Below are positions 15,787 through 24,678 of a stretch of 64,000 bases of DNA, piece after piece. Source of the DNA: Candidatus Latescibacterota bacterium (GTDB lineage: Bacteria > Latescibacterota > UBA2968 > UBA8231). Numbering within the stretch: position 1 is the first letter of the stretch; every line of letters begins with the position of its first letter. The position numbers and the translations under genes were made by a program. The notes under the pieces are model-generated. The model was not told the DNA's origin. It searched no databases and saw only the letters and a program-made list of their open reading frames with translations. The stretch covers positions 3,296,001 to 3,360,000 of the forward strand of contig OZ220089.1 in NCBI GenBank assembly GCA_964291625.2, written 5' to 3'.

Positions 15787-17081
15787 GCGGGGTCCGCCTC
15801 CGCCAGCGCCTCGGGGCGGGGGCCTCCCGTGGCCCAGTCGAGGAGCTCGACGGTGTGGACCACCGGGCAGCCGGCGGCCGCCCCGATCTGCTCTAGGCAG
15901 CCGATGTTGCCGGCCGCCACGGCGTCCGGCGCCAGGCCGCGGATGTGATCGGCCTTGCGCTGTTGCAGGGGCCCGGCGAGGTGCGGGCGCAGCAGGTTGT
16001 AGGTGCCGGCGCTGCCGCAGCAGATGTGGCCCTCGGGGATCTCGACCACCTCGAACCCCGCCTCGCCCAGCAGGCGCCTCGGCTGGTCGCGGATCTTCAG
16101 TCCGTGCTGCAGGGAGCAGGCGTCGTGGTAGGCCAGGCGCAGGGGCGGGACCTCGATGGTCTCGCCGAGGCCGAGGTCCGCCACGACTTCGGCGATGTCG
16201 CGGGTCGCCGCGGCCACCCGCTCGCTGGCGCCGGCGCGTTCGGGATCCTCGGCGAAGATGTGCCCGTACTCGCGCACGGCGGTGGCGCACCCGGAGGTGG
16301 TGAGCACCACGCCGTCGACTCCCTCGTCGAGGAGCCGGCTCCAGACGCCGACGTTGTTCGCCATCCACCGCAGGCTCCGCGGCCGTTCCCCCATGTGCCA
16401 GGTGAGGGCGCCGCAGCACCCGGCCTCCCCGGGGATCACCACCTCCACCCCGAGGCGCGTCAGCAGGCGCACGGCGGCGTCGTTGATCGCCGGTCCGAGG
16501 ACCGACTGGGCGCAGCCGGTGAGCAGGGCCGCCCGCAGGCGCGTCGCGCCCTCGGCGGGATGAACGCCCGGCGTCGCCAGTCTCGCCGGCGCCGGCAGCC
16601 GCCGGGGCGCCATGGCCGCCAGATGCCGGAACCGCCGCGGCAGCAGGGCCGCCAGCGGGCGGGTCCAGCGGGCCAGGTGCAGGGCGAGGCGGAAGCGGCC
16701 CGGATGGGGCAGCAGCCGCGTGATCAAGGCGCGCTGCAGGCGGTCGGCCAGCCCGCGCCGGCGCATCTTCTCGAGTCGGGGACGGGCGTCGTCGAGCAGC
16801 CTCGAGTAGAGGACGCCGCTCGGGCAGGTGGTCTCGCAGGCGAGGCAGCCGAGGCAGTTGTCGATGTGATCGAGAGTCGCCGTCGAGGGTTTCACCCGCC
16901 CCTCGAGGACGCTCTTCATCAGGTAGATCCGGCCCCTCGGTCCCTCCAGCTCGTTGCCGGTGAGCAGGTAGGTGGGACAGGTGGCGTTGCAGAACCCGCA
17001 GTGCACGCAGGTGCGCAGGGCGGTCTCGGCGTCGCGCACCGAGGCCTCGGCCCGGAGATCGTCGGGGATGTCGGTGCGCAC
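15783..17081 (-). CDS. glcF: Glycolate oxidase iron-sulfur subunit
   Basis: CVHCGFCNATCPTY..GNELEGPRGRIYLMK, CLGCLACETTCPSGV and two CCG domains (GCCGAL, ICCGSAGTYNLL). Start trimmed to GTG 17081. Confidence 0.9.
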   Translation of the reverse strand: MRTDIPDDLRAEASVRDAETALRTCVHCGFCNATCPTYLLTGNELEGPRGRIYLMKSVLEGRVKPSTATLDHIDNCLGCLACETTCPSGVLYSRLLDDARPRLEKMRRRGLADRLQRALITRLLPHPGRFRLALHLARWTRPLAALLPRRFRHLAAMAPRRLPAPARLATPGVHPAEGATRLRAALLTGCAQSVLGPAINDAAVRLLTRLGVEVVIPGEAGCCGALTWHMGERPRSLRWMANNVGVWSRLLDEGVDGVVLTTSGCATAVREYGHIFAEDPERAGASERVAAATRDIAEVVADLGLGETIEVPPLRLAYHDACSLQHGLKIRDQPRRLLGEAGFEVVEIPEGHICCGSAGTYNLLRPHLAGPLQQRKADHIRGLAPDAVAAGNIGCLEQIGAAAGCPVVHTVELLDWATGGPRPEALAEADPA

Positions 17082-17172
17082 GGTGGGCCGTAGGGTTCGG
17101 AGGGTGGGGAGGTTTGAGCGGGCCGGTGTTGTTGTGGAAGTTACGGGCGCCCTGATACACCGGCAAAGAGAG

Positions 17173-18288
17173 ATGATGAGGATCGTCGACGGCGTCCCAC
17201 TCGCCCCGTACACCAGCCTCGGCCTCGGCGGCGAGGCCCGCCACTTCGCCCACTGTACCTCCGAGGAGGAGGTCCGCGAGGCCCTGCGGTGGGGCCGGTC
17301 CCGTGGCCTGCCCGTGCACGTCCTGGGCGGCGGCAGCAACACCCTCTTCGACGACGCCGGGTACGACGGCCTCGTGCTGCACGTGGGGCTCCTCGGCGTG
17401 CGCATCGAGGAGAGCGGGGGCGTCGCCGCCGTCTCCGCCGCCGCGGGCGAGGACTGGGACGCCCTCGTGCGCCGCTGCATCGAGGTGAACCTGTCCGGCA
17501 TCGAGTGCCTCTCCGGCATCCCCGGCCAGGTGGGGGCCACGCCGATGCAGAACGTGGGCGCCTACGGCCAGGAGGTCAGCGACACCATCGTCGAGGTGCG
17601 GGCCATCGAGCGCGATTCCGGGGAGGGCCGGACCTTCGCCAACGGCGAGTGCGGCTTCGGCTACCGGACCAGCCGGTTCAAGGCCGAGGACCGCGACCGC
17701 TGCATCATCACCGGGGTCACCTACCGGTTGCCGAAGAGCCGCCGTCCCGAGATCCGCTATCCCGAGCTGCAACGCCGGCTGGAGGCGGACGGCGTCGACC
17801 TGGAGAGCCTGGCGGCGGGAGGGCCGGCGTCTGCGGCCGTGCGCGACGCCGTCCTGGACCTGCGCCGCGGCAAGGCGATGCTTCTGGACAGCGGGCCGGA
17901 CTCGCGCTCGGCGGGGTCCTTCTTCCTGAACCCCGTGCTCACGGGGGACCAGCTGGCCGATGTGCGGGAGCGCTGGCGGGAGCGGGGCGGGTCCGCCGCC
18001 GAGATCCCGGTGTATCCCGCCGGAGGCGGACGCAACAAGGTGGCCGCCGCCTGGCTGGTGGAGCGCGCCGGCTTCGCAAAGGGGACCCTCCGCGGCGGCG
18101 CCGCCATCTCGGAGCGCCACGCCCTGGCCCTGGTCAACCGGGGCGGCGGCAGCGCCGACCTGCTCGCCCTGGCCGGCGAGGTCGCCGCCGGCGTGCGCGA
18201 GACCTTCGGCGTGTCCCTCGAGCCCGAGCCGGTCTACGTGCCCCCGGATGGAGGCGCTGGCGGCGGGTCCGCAGAGGAGAGCGGCTGA
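17173..18288 (+). CDS. murB: UDP-N-acetylenolpyruvoylglucosamine reductase
   Basis: LGGGSN, GIPGQVGATPMQNVGAYGQE, FGYRTSRFK, SAGSFFLNP, HALALVN, LEPEP. Confidence 0.95.
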   Translation: MMRIVDGVPLAPYTSLGLGGEARHFAHCTSEEEVREALRWGRSRGLPVHVLGGGSNTLFDDAGYDGLVLHVGLLGVRIEESGGVAAVSAAAGEDWDALVRRCIEVNLSGIECLSGIPGQVGATPMQNVGAYGQEVSDTIVEVRAIERDSGEGRTFANGECGFGYRTSRFKAEDRDRCIITGVTYRLPKSRRPEIRYPELQRRLEADGVDLESLAAGGPASAAVRDAVLDLRRGKAMLLDSGPDSRSAGSFFLNPVLTGDQLADVRERWRERGGSAAEIPVYPAGGGRNKVAAAWLVERAGFAKGTLRGGAAISERHALALVNRGGGSADLLALAGEVAAGVRETFGVSLEPEPVYVPPDGGAGGGSAEESG

Positions 18289-19004
18289 TGTCGACGATCC
18301 TGGTGATGCAGCACCACCCCGTGGAGGACCTCGGCACCATCGAGCCGGCCCTGAACGAGCGCGGGTTGAAGACCGAGTACGTGCACTCGTACGCCGGGCA
18401 GCCGGTGCCCCGGGACATGGAAGGCTTCCGGGGCCTGGTGATCATGGGCGGGCCCATGGGGGTCTACGAGGGCGACCGCTACCCGTGGCTCAACGACGAG
18501 ATGCGCCTGGCCGAGCGGGCCCTGGAGGCCGGGCTCCCGGTCCTCGGCGTCTGCCTGGGCAGCCAGCTCCTGGCCGCCGTCCTCGGGTCCCGGGTGCGCA
18601 AGGGCGAGGCCCGCGAGATCGGCTGGCACGAGGTCCGGCTGGGCGAGGCCGCCGCCGAGGACCCCCTGTGGAGGGAGACGGCCGCGGCCGGCGGCCGGTT
18701 CGATGCCTTCCACTGGCACGGCGACATCTTCGACCTGCCCGAGGGCGCCGGGTTCCTGGCCTCCTCGGAGCAGACGGCCTGCCAGGCCTTCGTCTACGGC
18801 GGCAACGCCTACGGCCTGCTCTTTCACATGGAGGTGACGGAGAAGGGCGCCTGCGAGATGATCACCTCCTTCGAGGACGAGGCGCGCGAGGCGGGGCTCG
18901 AACCCGCCCACCTCCTCGAGGAGACGCCGGCCCGGCTCGCCGAGCTCCATCGCGTCGGCGGCCCCGTCTACCGGAACTGGGCCGGACTGGCCGCGGGCAG
19001 GTGA
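18288..19004 (+). CDS. Class I glutamine amidotransferase (GMP-synthase-like, stand-alone)
   Basis: MGGPMGVY, GVCLGSQL (catalytic Cys), WHGD and FHME (His-Glu). ATG overlaps the murB stop. Confidence 0.88.
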   Translation: MSTILVMQHHPVEDLGTIEPALNERGLKTEYVHSYAGQPVPRDMEGFRGLVIMGGPMGVYEGDRYPWLNDEMRLAERALEAGLPVLGVCLGSQLLAAVLGSRVRKGEAREIGWHEVRLGEAAAEDPLWRETAAAGGRFDAFHWHGDIFDLPEGAGFLASSEQTACQAFVYGGNAYGLLFHMEVTEKGACEMITSFEDEAREAGLEPAHLLEETPARLAELHRVGGPVYRNWAGLAAGR

Positions 19005-19582
19005 GGCGCCCCTTCCGACCGTGGTGGGCGGGGCTGCCCCTGCTCGTCCTCCTCCTACCCGCCGAGGCCGGCCGCAACCTGGCCATCGACGCCCTGACCC
19101 GGGCCACCACCTGGAACGAGCACGAGGGGGACCCGGCCTGGCTCACCGACGGCCTCGTCCCGCCCGAGGCCGGGGCGCGCCCTTTCGTCTGGAAGTCCAA
19201 GGGCATCCTGGTCTTCACCTGGGAGGGGATCAGCGAGATCGAGGGCGTGCGCATCCGCGTCGGTGAGATCGCCAACGACTACCAGGTGCGCACCTTCGTG
19301 GGGGGCCGCCTCGAGGACGAGGGCGCGGCACGCGATCCTCCGGGGACGCAGACCGCCCGGGTGGAGGACTTCTCCCGCGTCGTCGACAGCTGGGTGGAGA
19401 TCGCGTTTCCCGCCGGGGCGCAGGCCGACAACCTGGAGTTGCGCGCCTTGGGGCCGGCTCACTTCTTCGAGGTCGAAATCCTGGCCGCCGCCCCCACCCC
19501 GATCCGCGACCGGAGCTGGGGGGTGGTGAAGCTGGAAGCCTCGGCCGCCGCCAACCATCCGCCACAGAGGAGTCAACCATGA
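19001..19582 (+). CDS. Secreted hypothetical protein (discoidin/beta-sandwich-like) with C-terminal SWGVVK tail
   Basis: GTG overlaps the upstream TGA. Signal peptide ending AEA; NLA...LTDG..W...FFEVEI pattern; tail PTPIRDRSWGVVK. Confidence 0.6.
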   Translation: MRRPFRPWWAGLPLLVLLLPAEAGRNLAIDALTRATTWNEHEGDPAWLTDGLVPPEAGARPFVWKSKGILVFTWEGISEIEGVRIRVGEIANDYQVRTFVGGRLEDEGAARDPPGTQTARVEDFSRVVDSWVEIAFPAGAQADNLELRALGPAHFFEVEILAAAPTPIRDRSWGVVKLEASAAANHPPQRSQP

Positions 19583-20511
19583 TCGACAGAAAGGTCCTGG
19601 GCGCCTACGCCGCCATCGGCGCCCTGTCCCCCGATGAGCAGGTCGGCTGGTACCGGCGCGCGGCCTCCGACTGGAACCTGGGCTGCTTCGAGATCCCGCT
19701 GCTGGCCGGGGTGCCGCTGAGCGAGCCCGTGCAGCAGGTCTTCTCCGAGGTGTCGGCGTCGCTGGTGGTGACCCTGGTCGCCCAGTGGGCCGTCAAGGGC
19801 CAGTCCAACGTCGCCTACGGCCTCGGCTCGACCGAGGAGCGGGGCCGGCGCGAGGCCGTCCTCGACGCGCAGTCGGTGATCCAGCAGTGCCTGCGCCTGC
19901 AGCGGGAGGGCATCGGCATCGCCGCCCTGGAGGTCCACGTGGGGCAGCGGACCGGGGGACCCGTGGCTCATTCCGTGTCCCTCTACCGGAGCCTGCTGGA
20001 GCTGCGCGGCGCCCTCGCCACGGTCCTGCCCGACTGCCGCCTCGCCGTGGAGATCACCGACAGCCTGGCCGCCGATCACGCCATCCCCTTCCCGAGTGCC
20101 AAGAAGGCCTCCCTGAACACGGCCGAGCTCCTCGACGCGGTGGGCGCGGCCAACGCCCCGGGGGGTCCTCCGGTATCGGCGGTGATCAACTGGGGCCGAC
20201 TGCTGATCAACGGCGACCGGCCCCTGGACGTGGTGGAGGAGGTCCTGGCCTCGCCCGTGCCCCTGGCCGGGGTGATCCTGTCCGGGGCGGCGGCCACACC
20301 CGACGGCTTCGCCGACGGCCACAACTCGCACCTCGACCCGGAGAGCGGCTTCACCCTGGCCGACGGCGAGGCCTGCGCCGAGCGGCTGGGGCGCGCGTCC
20401 GAGTCCGCCTTCCTGGGGATGAAGTGCAGCGCCAAGACGGGGGCGGGAGTGCGGGGTTTCGATGCGGCCGAGGTGCTGCAGGCCGAGGCGGACTTCCTCA
20501 ACCGAGTGTAG
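19579..20511 (+). CDS. DUF4862-family TIM-barrel protein
   Basis: LGAYAA at the N-terminus, YGLGSTEERGRREA, LYRSLLEL, INWGR and VILSGA resemble DUF4862. ATG overlaps the previous stop and has a GAGGAG RBS. Confidence 0.65.
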   Translation: MIDRKVLGAYAAIGALSPDEQVGWYRRAASDWNLGCFEIPLLAGVPLSEPVQQVFSEVSASLVVTLVAQWAVKGQSNVAYGLGSTEERGRREAVLDAQSVIQQCLRLQREGIGIAALEVHVGQRTGGPVAHSVSLYRSLLELRGALATVLPDCRLAVEITDSLAADHAIPFPSAKKASLNTAELLDAVGAANAPGGPPVSAVINWGRLLINGDRPLDVVEEVLASPVPLAGVILSGAAATPDGFADGHNSHLDPESGFTLADGEACAERLGRASESAFLGMKCSAKTGAGVRGFDAAEVLQAEADFLNRV

Positions 20512-20518
20512 GCGCCCC

Positions 20519-21361
20519 GTGAAGATGGGCTACACCACCTGGGGCATGCCGCGGGTGCCCATCGACGATGCCTTGCGGCACCTGGCGGGGCTCGGCTTCG
20601 ACTGCGTCGAGATCGCCGTCATCCGCGGCTTCACCACCGAGCTGGACACCCTCGACGCCGCCGAGCGCCGGCGCATCCGGCGCCTCCTCGACGACCACGG
20701 CCTGGAGCTGACCGCCGTCGGCGGCCACGCTTCCCTGCTGAGCCGGGAGGCGGACGCCCACGCCGAGAGCTGGCGCCGCCTGACGGGGGCGGTGGACCTG
20801 TGCGTCGACTGGGCCGGCCCCCAGGGCCCCCCGGTGCTGGACAGCGTCCTCGGCAGCACGCCGGAGACCTGGAACGGCGGCGAGGGGTTCGTCCTCGAGC
20901 GGCTGGGGGAGATCGTCGGCTACTGCGCCTCCCGGGGGGTGGTCCTGGCCCTGGAGCCGCACATCGGCGACGGGCTGTGCGAGCAGCCGGAGAAGATCGT
21001 CGAGCTGCTGCGGCAGGTGGACTCGCCGTACCTGCGGCTCAACTTCGACATCAGCCACTTCGAGGTCAGCGGCATCCCCACGGGACGCAGCGTGGAGCTG
21101 CTGGCGCCGTGGGCGGCGCACACCCACGTGAAGGACCAGCGGGGGCGGGTGCCCGACTTCGAGTTCCTGATCCCGGGGGAGGGGCCCTTCGACTACGGCG
21201 ACTACCTGCGCAGGATGGACGCGGCCGGCTACACGGGCTGCGTAACCGCGGAGGTGAGCATGGCCGTGCACCGCCGGCCGGGGTACGATCCCATGGAAGC
21301 CGCGGCGCTCTGCCACCGGACCCTGCAGCGGGCCTTCCGGGAGACGGGACTGCACGGCTGA
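20519..21361 (+). CDS. Sugar phosphate isomerase/epimerase (xylose-isomerase-like TIM barrel)
   Basis: GFDCVEI, LALEPH, NFDISH, HTHVKD, PGEG and GYTGCVTAE metal-binding motifs. Confidence 0.88.
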   Translation: MKMGYTTWGMPRVPIDDALRHLAGLGFDCVEIAVIRGFTTELDTLDAAERRRIRRLLDDHGLELTAVGGHASLLSREADAHAESWRRLTGAVDLCVDWAGPQGPPVLDSVLGSTPETWNGGEGFVLERLGEIVGYCASRGVVLALEPHIGDGLCEQPEKIVELLRQVDSPYLRLNFDISHFEVSGIPTGRSVELLAPWAAHTHVKDQRGRVPDFEFLIPGEGPFDYGDYLRRMDAAGYTGCVTAEVSMAVHRRPGYDPMEAAALCHRTLQRAFRETGLHG

Positions 21362-21416
21362 ACGGGCAGGCATCCCTGCCTCACCGGCCGGCGCACCCGG
21401 CGCTCCTGCGTCTTGG

Positions 21417-22271
21417 TTACCTCGCCGAGGCCGGACGCTGGAAGACCGGCTTCGCGGGGGTCGACTCCGACTCGCTGAAGCGGTAGCCGCCGCCGTCGAA
21501 CCCGGGCAGCTCCCCCGGGTCCCGCACGTCGTTGTCGACCAGCCACCGGGCCATCAGGCCGCGGGCGTGCTTGGCGAACATGCCCAGCACCTTGAACGTC
21601 CCCTTCGACTCGTCCTGGAAGGCCGGGTGCACCACCGGGCACGGCAGCTCCTTCTCGCGCACCGACCGGTAGTACTCCTGGCTGGCCAGGTTGCAGATCC
21701 AGGCGGGGTTCTCCTCGGCCAGCCCCTCGGTGATGGCGCCGCCCCAGAACTGGTAGAGGTCCTTGCCGCGGGGGGTCTGCAGCTTCGTCCCCATCTCCAG
21801 CCGGTAGGGGAGCATGAGATCCAGGGGTCTGAGGAAGCCGTACAGGCCCGACAGGATGCGGATGCGCCGCTCGGCGCGGTCGATCCCCCGGCCCTTCAGG
21901 GAAGGGGCGTCGAAGCCCTGGTAGACGTCGCCGGTGAAGGCCCACAGGGCCTGCTTGCCCGGCGGCGGCGAGGCCGCCCGGCCCGCCTGGCCCGCCTGCT
22001 TCGCCTGCCGGCGGAGGACGGCTGGATCGAAGCTCTGGTAGCGCCGGAAGTTGAGCTCGGCGAGTCGCTCGCTCAGGCCCATCAGGCCGGCGAGCTCGAC
22101 GGCGGACTTCTCCTTGAGCAGTCCGGCCAGCTCCCCGGTCTGGGCGCCGAGGAACGGGGGAACTCCGGCCCGGGCCGTGGGCGCCGGCGTCTCGAAGTCG
22201 AGGGACTTGGCCGGGGACAGCAGGATCAGGGGCGGCTTGCCGGCTTTCCTGGAGGACTTGGTGTCAGCCAT
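21417..22271 (-). CDS. yaaA: Peroxide-stress protein YaaA (DUF328)
   Basis: ILLSPAKSLDF, AFTGDVYQG, ILSGLYGFLRPLDLMLPYRLEMGT, NLASQEY, AKHARGLMAR. Confidence 0.93.
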   Translation of the reverse strand: MADTKSSRKAGKPPLILLSPAKSLDFETPAPTARAGVPPFLGAQTGELAGLLKEKSAVELAGLMGLSERLAELNFRRYQSFDPAVLRRQAKQAGQAGRAASPPPGKQALWAFTGDVYQGFDAPSLKGRGIDRAERRIRILSGLYGFLRPLDLMLPYRLEMGTKLQTPRGKDLYQFWGGAITEGLAEENPAWICNLASQEYYRSVREKELPCPVVHPAFQDESKGTFKVLGMFAKHARGLMARWLVDNDVRDPGELPGFDGGGYRFSESESTPAKPVFQRPASAR

Positions 22272-22438
22272 GCTCTGGTTCTCCGGATGGAGGGTCGGCG
22301 CCCCTGGGGGCGTCGGGATCGCCGCGGGCCGGCCGAGTCGGGCGTACCACCTCGGCCTGCACGGCGCCTGCGAATTTCAGCGCCGGCACCGGGCCTCGCA
22401 AATGGCTCTCGCAGCCGTCCGGGGCCTCGGCGGAAGGT

Positions 22439-22972
22439 TCAGGCCCCGCCTTGGAGGAAGCCGACGTAGCGCAGGCCGCGGTAGCGCTGATCGAGGTCCA
22501 TCCCGTAGCCGACGACGAACACGTCCTCCACCTCGAACCCCCGGTAGTCGATCGGCACCGGGACCCGGCGCCGGCCCGGCTTGTCCAGCAAGGTGCAGAC
22601 GCGGACCCCGGAGGGGCCCTGCCGCCGCAGGTGATCGAGGACGGCGCGCATGGTCTCGCCCGTGTCGACGATGCCGTCGACGACGAGCACGGCCCGTCCC
22701 GCGACGTCGACCACGAGGTCGCCGGCCAGGTGGACGCGGCCCGTGGAGCGGGCCCCCACGTAGGACGCGGCGTCGAGGAAGTCGAAGACCAGGTCGGGGC
22801 GCCAGGAGGCCGGCAGGAGCCGGAGGAGATCCATCATGAAGGGGACGGCGCCGTTGCGGATGCCCACGATCACCGGCGGCTCGTCGTGGTCGGCGGCGAT
22901 CTCCGCGGCCAGCGCCGCGACCCTGCCCTCGATGGCGGCCTCGTCGAAGAGGACGCGGACGGGGGCGGACAT
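22439..22972 (-). CDS. hpt: Hypoxanthine phosphoribosyltransferase
   Basis: ASYVGARSTG, VLVVDGIVDTGET (PRPP loop), LLDKP, FVVGYGMDLDQRYRGL. Confidence 0.88.
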   Translation of the reverse strand: MSAPVRVLFDEAAIEGRVAALAAEIAADHDEPPVIVGIRNGAVPFMMDLLRLLPASWRPDLVFDFLDAASYVGARSTGRVHLAGDLVVDVAGRAVLVVDGIVDTGETMRAVLDHLRRQGPSGVRVCTLLDKPGRRRVPVPIDYRGFEVEDVFVVGYGMDLDQRYRGLRYVGFLQGGA

Positions 22973-23307
22973 CAGGCTCCCCCGGCCTGCTCGAGGGCCT
23001 GCAGCAGGAGGGCCCGGTCCTCCTCCAGGTCGGGGGGCAGGTGCCGCTCGATGACGAAGACGCCGTCGGAGGACTGCTCCAGGTAGCGGCAGATCGTCTG
23101 CACGTGGAAGTCGCCTCGGACGGAGCGCAGGCCGGAGGCCGAGACCCGGCGGCGGATGTCGCTGCGCAGGTGGTATTCCAGGAGCACGGGGAACCGCTCG
23201 ACCAGCTCGTGCACCGCGAACAGGACGCGGACCGCCTCCAGGAAGGGGATGGCGCCGGCCGACTCCGGCGACCACTCGTTTTTCTTGACCACCCAGTTGG
23301 GATCCAT
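22972..23307 (-). CDS. Hypothetical protein (111 aa), translationally coupled to hpt
   Basis: MDPNWVVKKNEWSP... with host-like codon usage. Its stop overlaps the hpt ATG. Confidence 0.65.
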   Translation of the reverse strand: MDPNWVVKKNEWSPESAGAIPFLEAVRVLFAVHELVERFPVLLEYHLRSDIRRRVSASGLRSVRGDFHVQTICRYLEQSSDGVFVIERHLPPDLEEDRALLLQALEQAGGA

Positions 23308-23322
23308 GGCCGCGGAAATGTA

Positions 23323-23361
23323 GCGAGAGGGGCTGTCGAGGCGAGCGACAGCCCCTCTCGC
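23323..23361. terminator. Perfect 16-bp stem-loop downstream of recA (terminator-like or processing hairpin, no clear U-tract)
   Basis: gcgagaggggctgtcg, 7-nt loop, cgacagcccctctcgc. Confidence 0.55.
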
Positions 23362-23468
23362 AGGGGAGGGCCGGGGAGGCTGGGGAGTGGGGAGGGGAAA
23401 CGGGGAGGCGGCCCCCACGGGGTGGGGTTCCCGGAAAGCTCTGCAGGGGGCCGCTCCCGGGGAGTGCG

Positions 23469-24572
23469 TCAGGCAGCTGCCTTCTGTCTCTTGGCCGGCG
23501 CCGCCGCTTCCTCGCCGCCGTCGCCGCCGGGCTCGGGGTCCGTCCCGGGCAGCGGGATCTCCAGCAGGTGGCGCACCTCGTCCTCGATCTGTCCGGCGAG
23601 CTGGGGATTCTCGCGCAGGAAGAGGCGGGCGTTCTCCTTGCCCTGACCGAGGCGCTCGCCGCCGTAGGAGAACCAGGTGCCGCTCTTGTCGACGACCCGG
23701 TGCTCGACGCCCAGGTCGATCAGGTCGCCCTCGCGGGAGATACCCACGTCGTCGCCGCGGAACATGATGTCGAACTCGGCCTCGCGGAAGGGCGGCGCCA
23801 CCTTGTTCTTGACCACCTTGATGCGCGTGCGCCGTCCGATGACCTCCTCGCCGTCCTTGATGGTGCCGATGCCGCGGATGTCGAGACGGACGGAGGCGTA
23901 GAAGCACAGGGCCCGGCCGCCCGTGGTCGTCTCGGGGTTGCCGAACATGACGCCGATCTTCATGCGCAGCTGGTTGATGAAGATGACGGTGGTGCGCGAC
24001 TTCTGGATCGATCCGGTGAGCTTGCGCAGGGCCTGGGACATGAGCCGGGCCTGCAGGCCCATCTGCGAGTCGCCCATCTCCCCCTCGAGCTCGGCGCGCG
24101 GCACGAGGGCGGCCACCGAGTCGACGACGATCACGTCGATGGCGCCGGAGCGCACCAGCGTGTCGGTGATCTCCAGCGCCTCCTCGCCGCAGTCGGGCTG
24201 GGAGACCAGCAGGTTCTCGACGTCGATGCCGAGGCGGCGGGCGAAACCGACGTCGAGGGAGTGCTCGGCGTCGATGAAGGCGGCCGTGCCCCCGCGCTGC
24301 TGGGCCTGGGCGACCGCGGTGAGGGCGCACATCGTCTTGCCCGCCGACTCGGGGCCGAACATCTCGATGACCCGGCCCCGCGGCAGACCGCCGATGCCGA
24401 GAGCGGCATCGAGCGAGAGACACCCCGTAGGGATGACGTCGACGTCGACAACCTGGGACTCACCCAGGCGCATGATGGCGCCCTTGCCGTACTGCTTTTG
24501 CACCTGGGCGAGGGCCTGATCCATGGCCTTCTGCTTGTCCTTCGGTGCGTCGCCGGTGTTTTTGGAGACCAT
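23469..24572 (-). CDS. recA: Recombinase RecA (with several atypical residues)
   Basis: [73 protein letters not shown] before ATG 24572. Confidence 0.97.
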   Translation of the reverse strand: MVSKNTGDAPKDKQKAMDQALAQVQKQYGKGAIMRLGESQVVDVDVIPTGCLSLDAALGIGGLPRGRVIEMFGPESAGKTMCALTAVAQAQQRGGTAAFIDAEHSLDVGFARRLGIDVENLLVSQPDCGEEALEITDTLVRSGAIDVIVVDSVAALVPRAELEGEMGDSQMGLQARLMSQALRKLTGSIQKSRTTVIFINQLRMKIGVMFGNPETTTGGRALCFYASVRLDIRGIGTIKDGEEVIGRRTRIKVVKNKVAPPFREAEFDIMFRGDDVGISREGDLIDLGVEHRVVDKSGTWFSYGGERLGQGKENARLFLRENPQLAGQIEDEVRHLLEIPLPGTDPEPGGDGGEEAAAPAKRQKAAA

Positions 24573-24639
24573 CGCTTGACTCCTCTTGAAGGGGTGGGGC
24601 CGCGAGCCACGGGCCGCTTTTGGAGTGGGCACCTTGTCG

Positions 24640-24678
24640 ATGCACAAAAGAATAGTGCAGATTTGTGCATATTGTCAA
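24640..24678 (-). promoter_or_regulatory. recA promoter overlapped by a palindromic operator (candidate SOS box)
   Basis: Minus strand: TTGACA (24678-24673), 18-nt spacer, TATTCT (24654-24649). Inverted repeat ATGCACAAA-N13-TTTGTGCAT at 24640-24670. Confidence 0.7.

Noticed and set aside
14848-18120. 1090-aa minus-strand ORF suggesting a giant fusion
   Set aside because: Only 14848-15786 looks coding. The rest is off-frame to glcF and antisense to murB.
21960-22020. Short internal repeats (QAKQAGQAG) in yaaA
   Set aside because: Low-complexity in-frame loop insertion, not an array.
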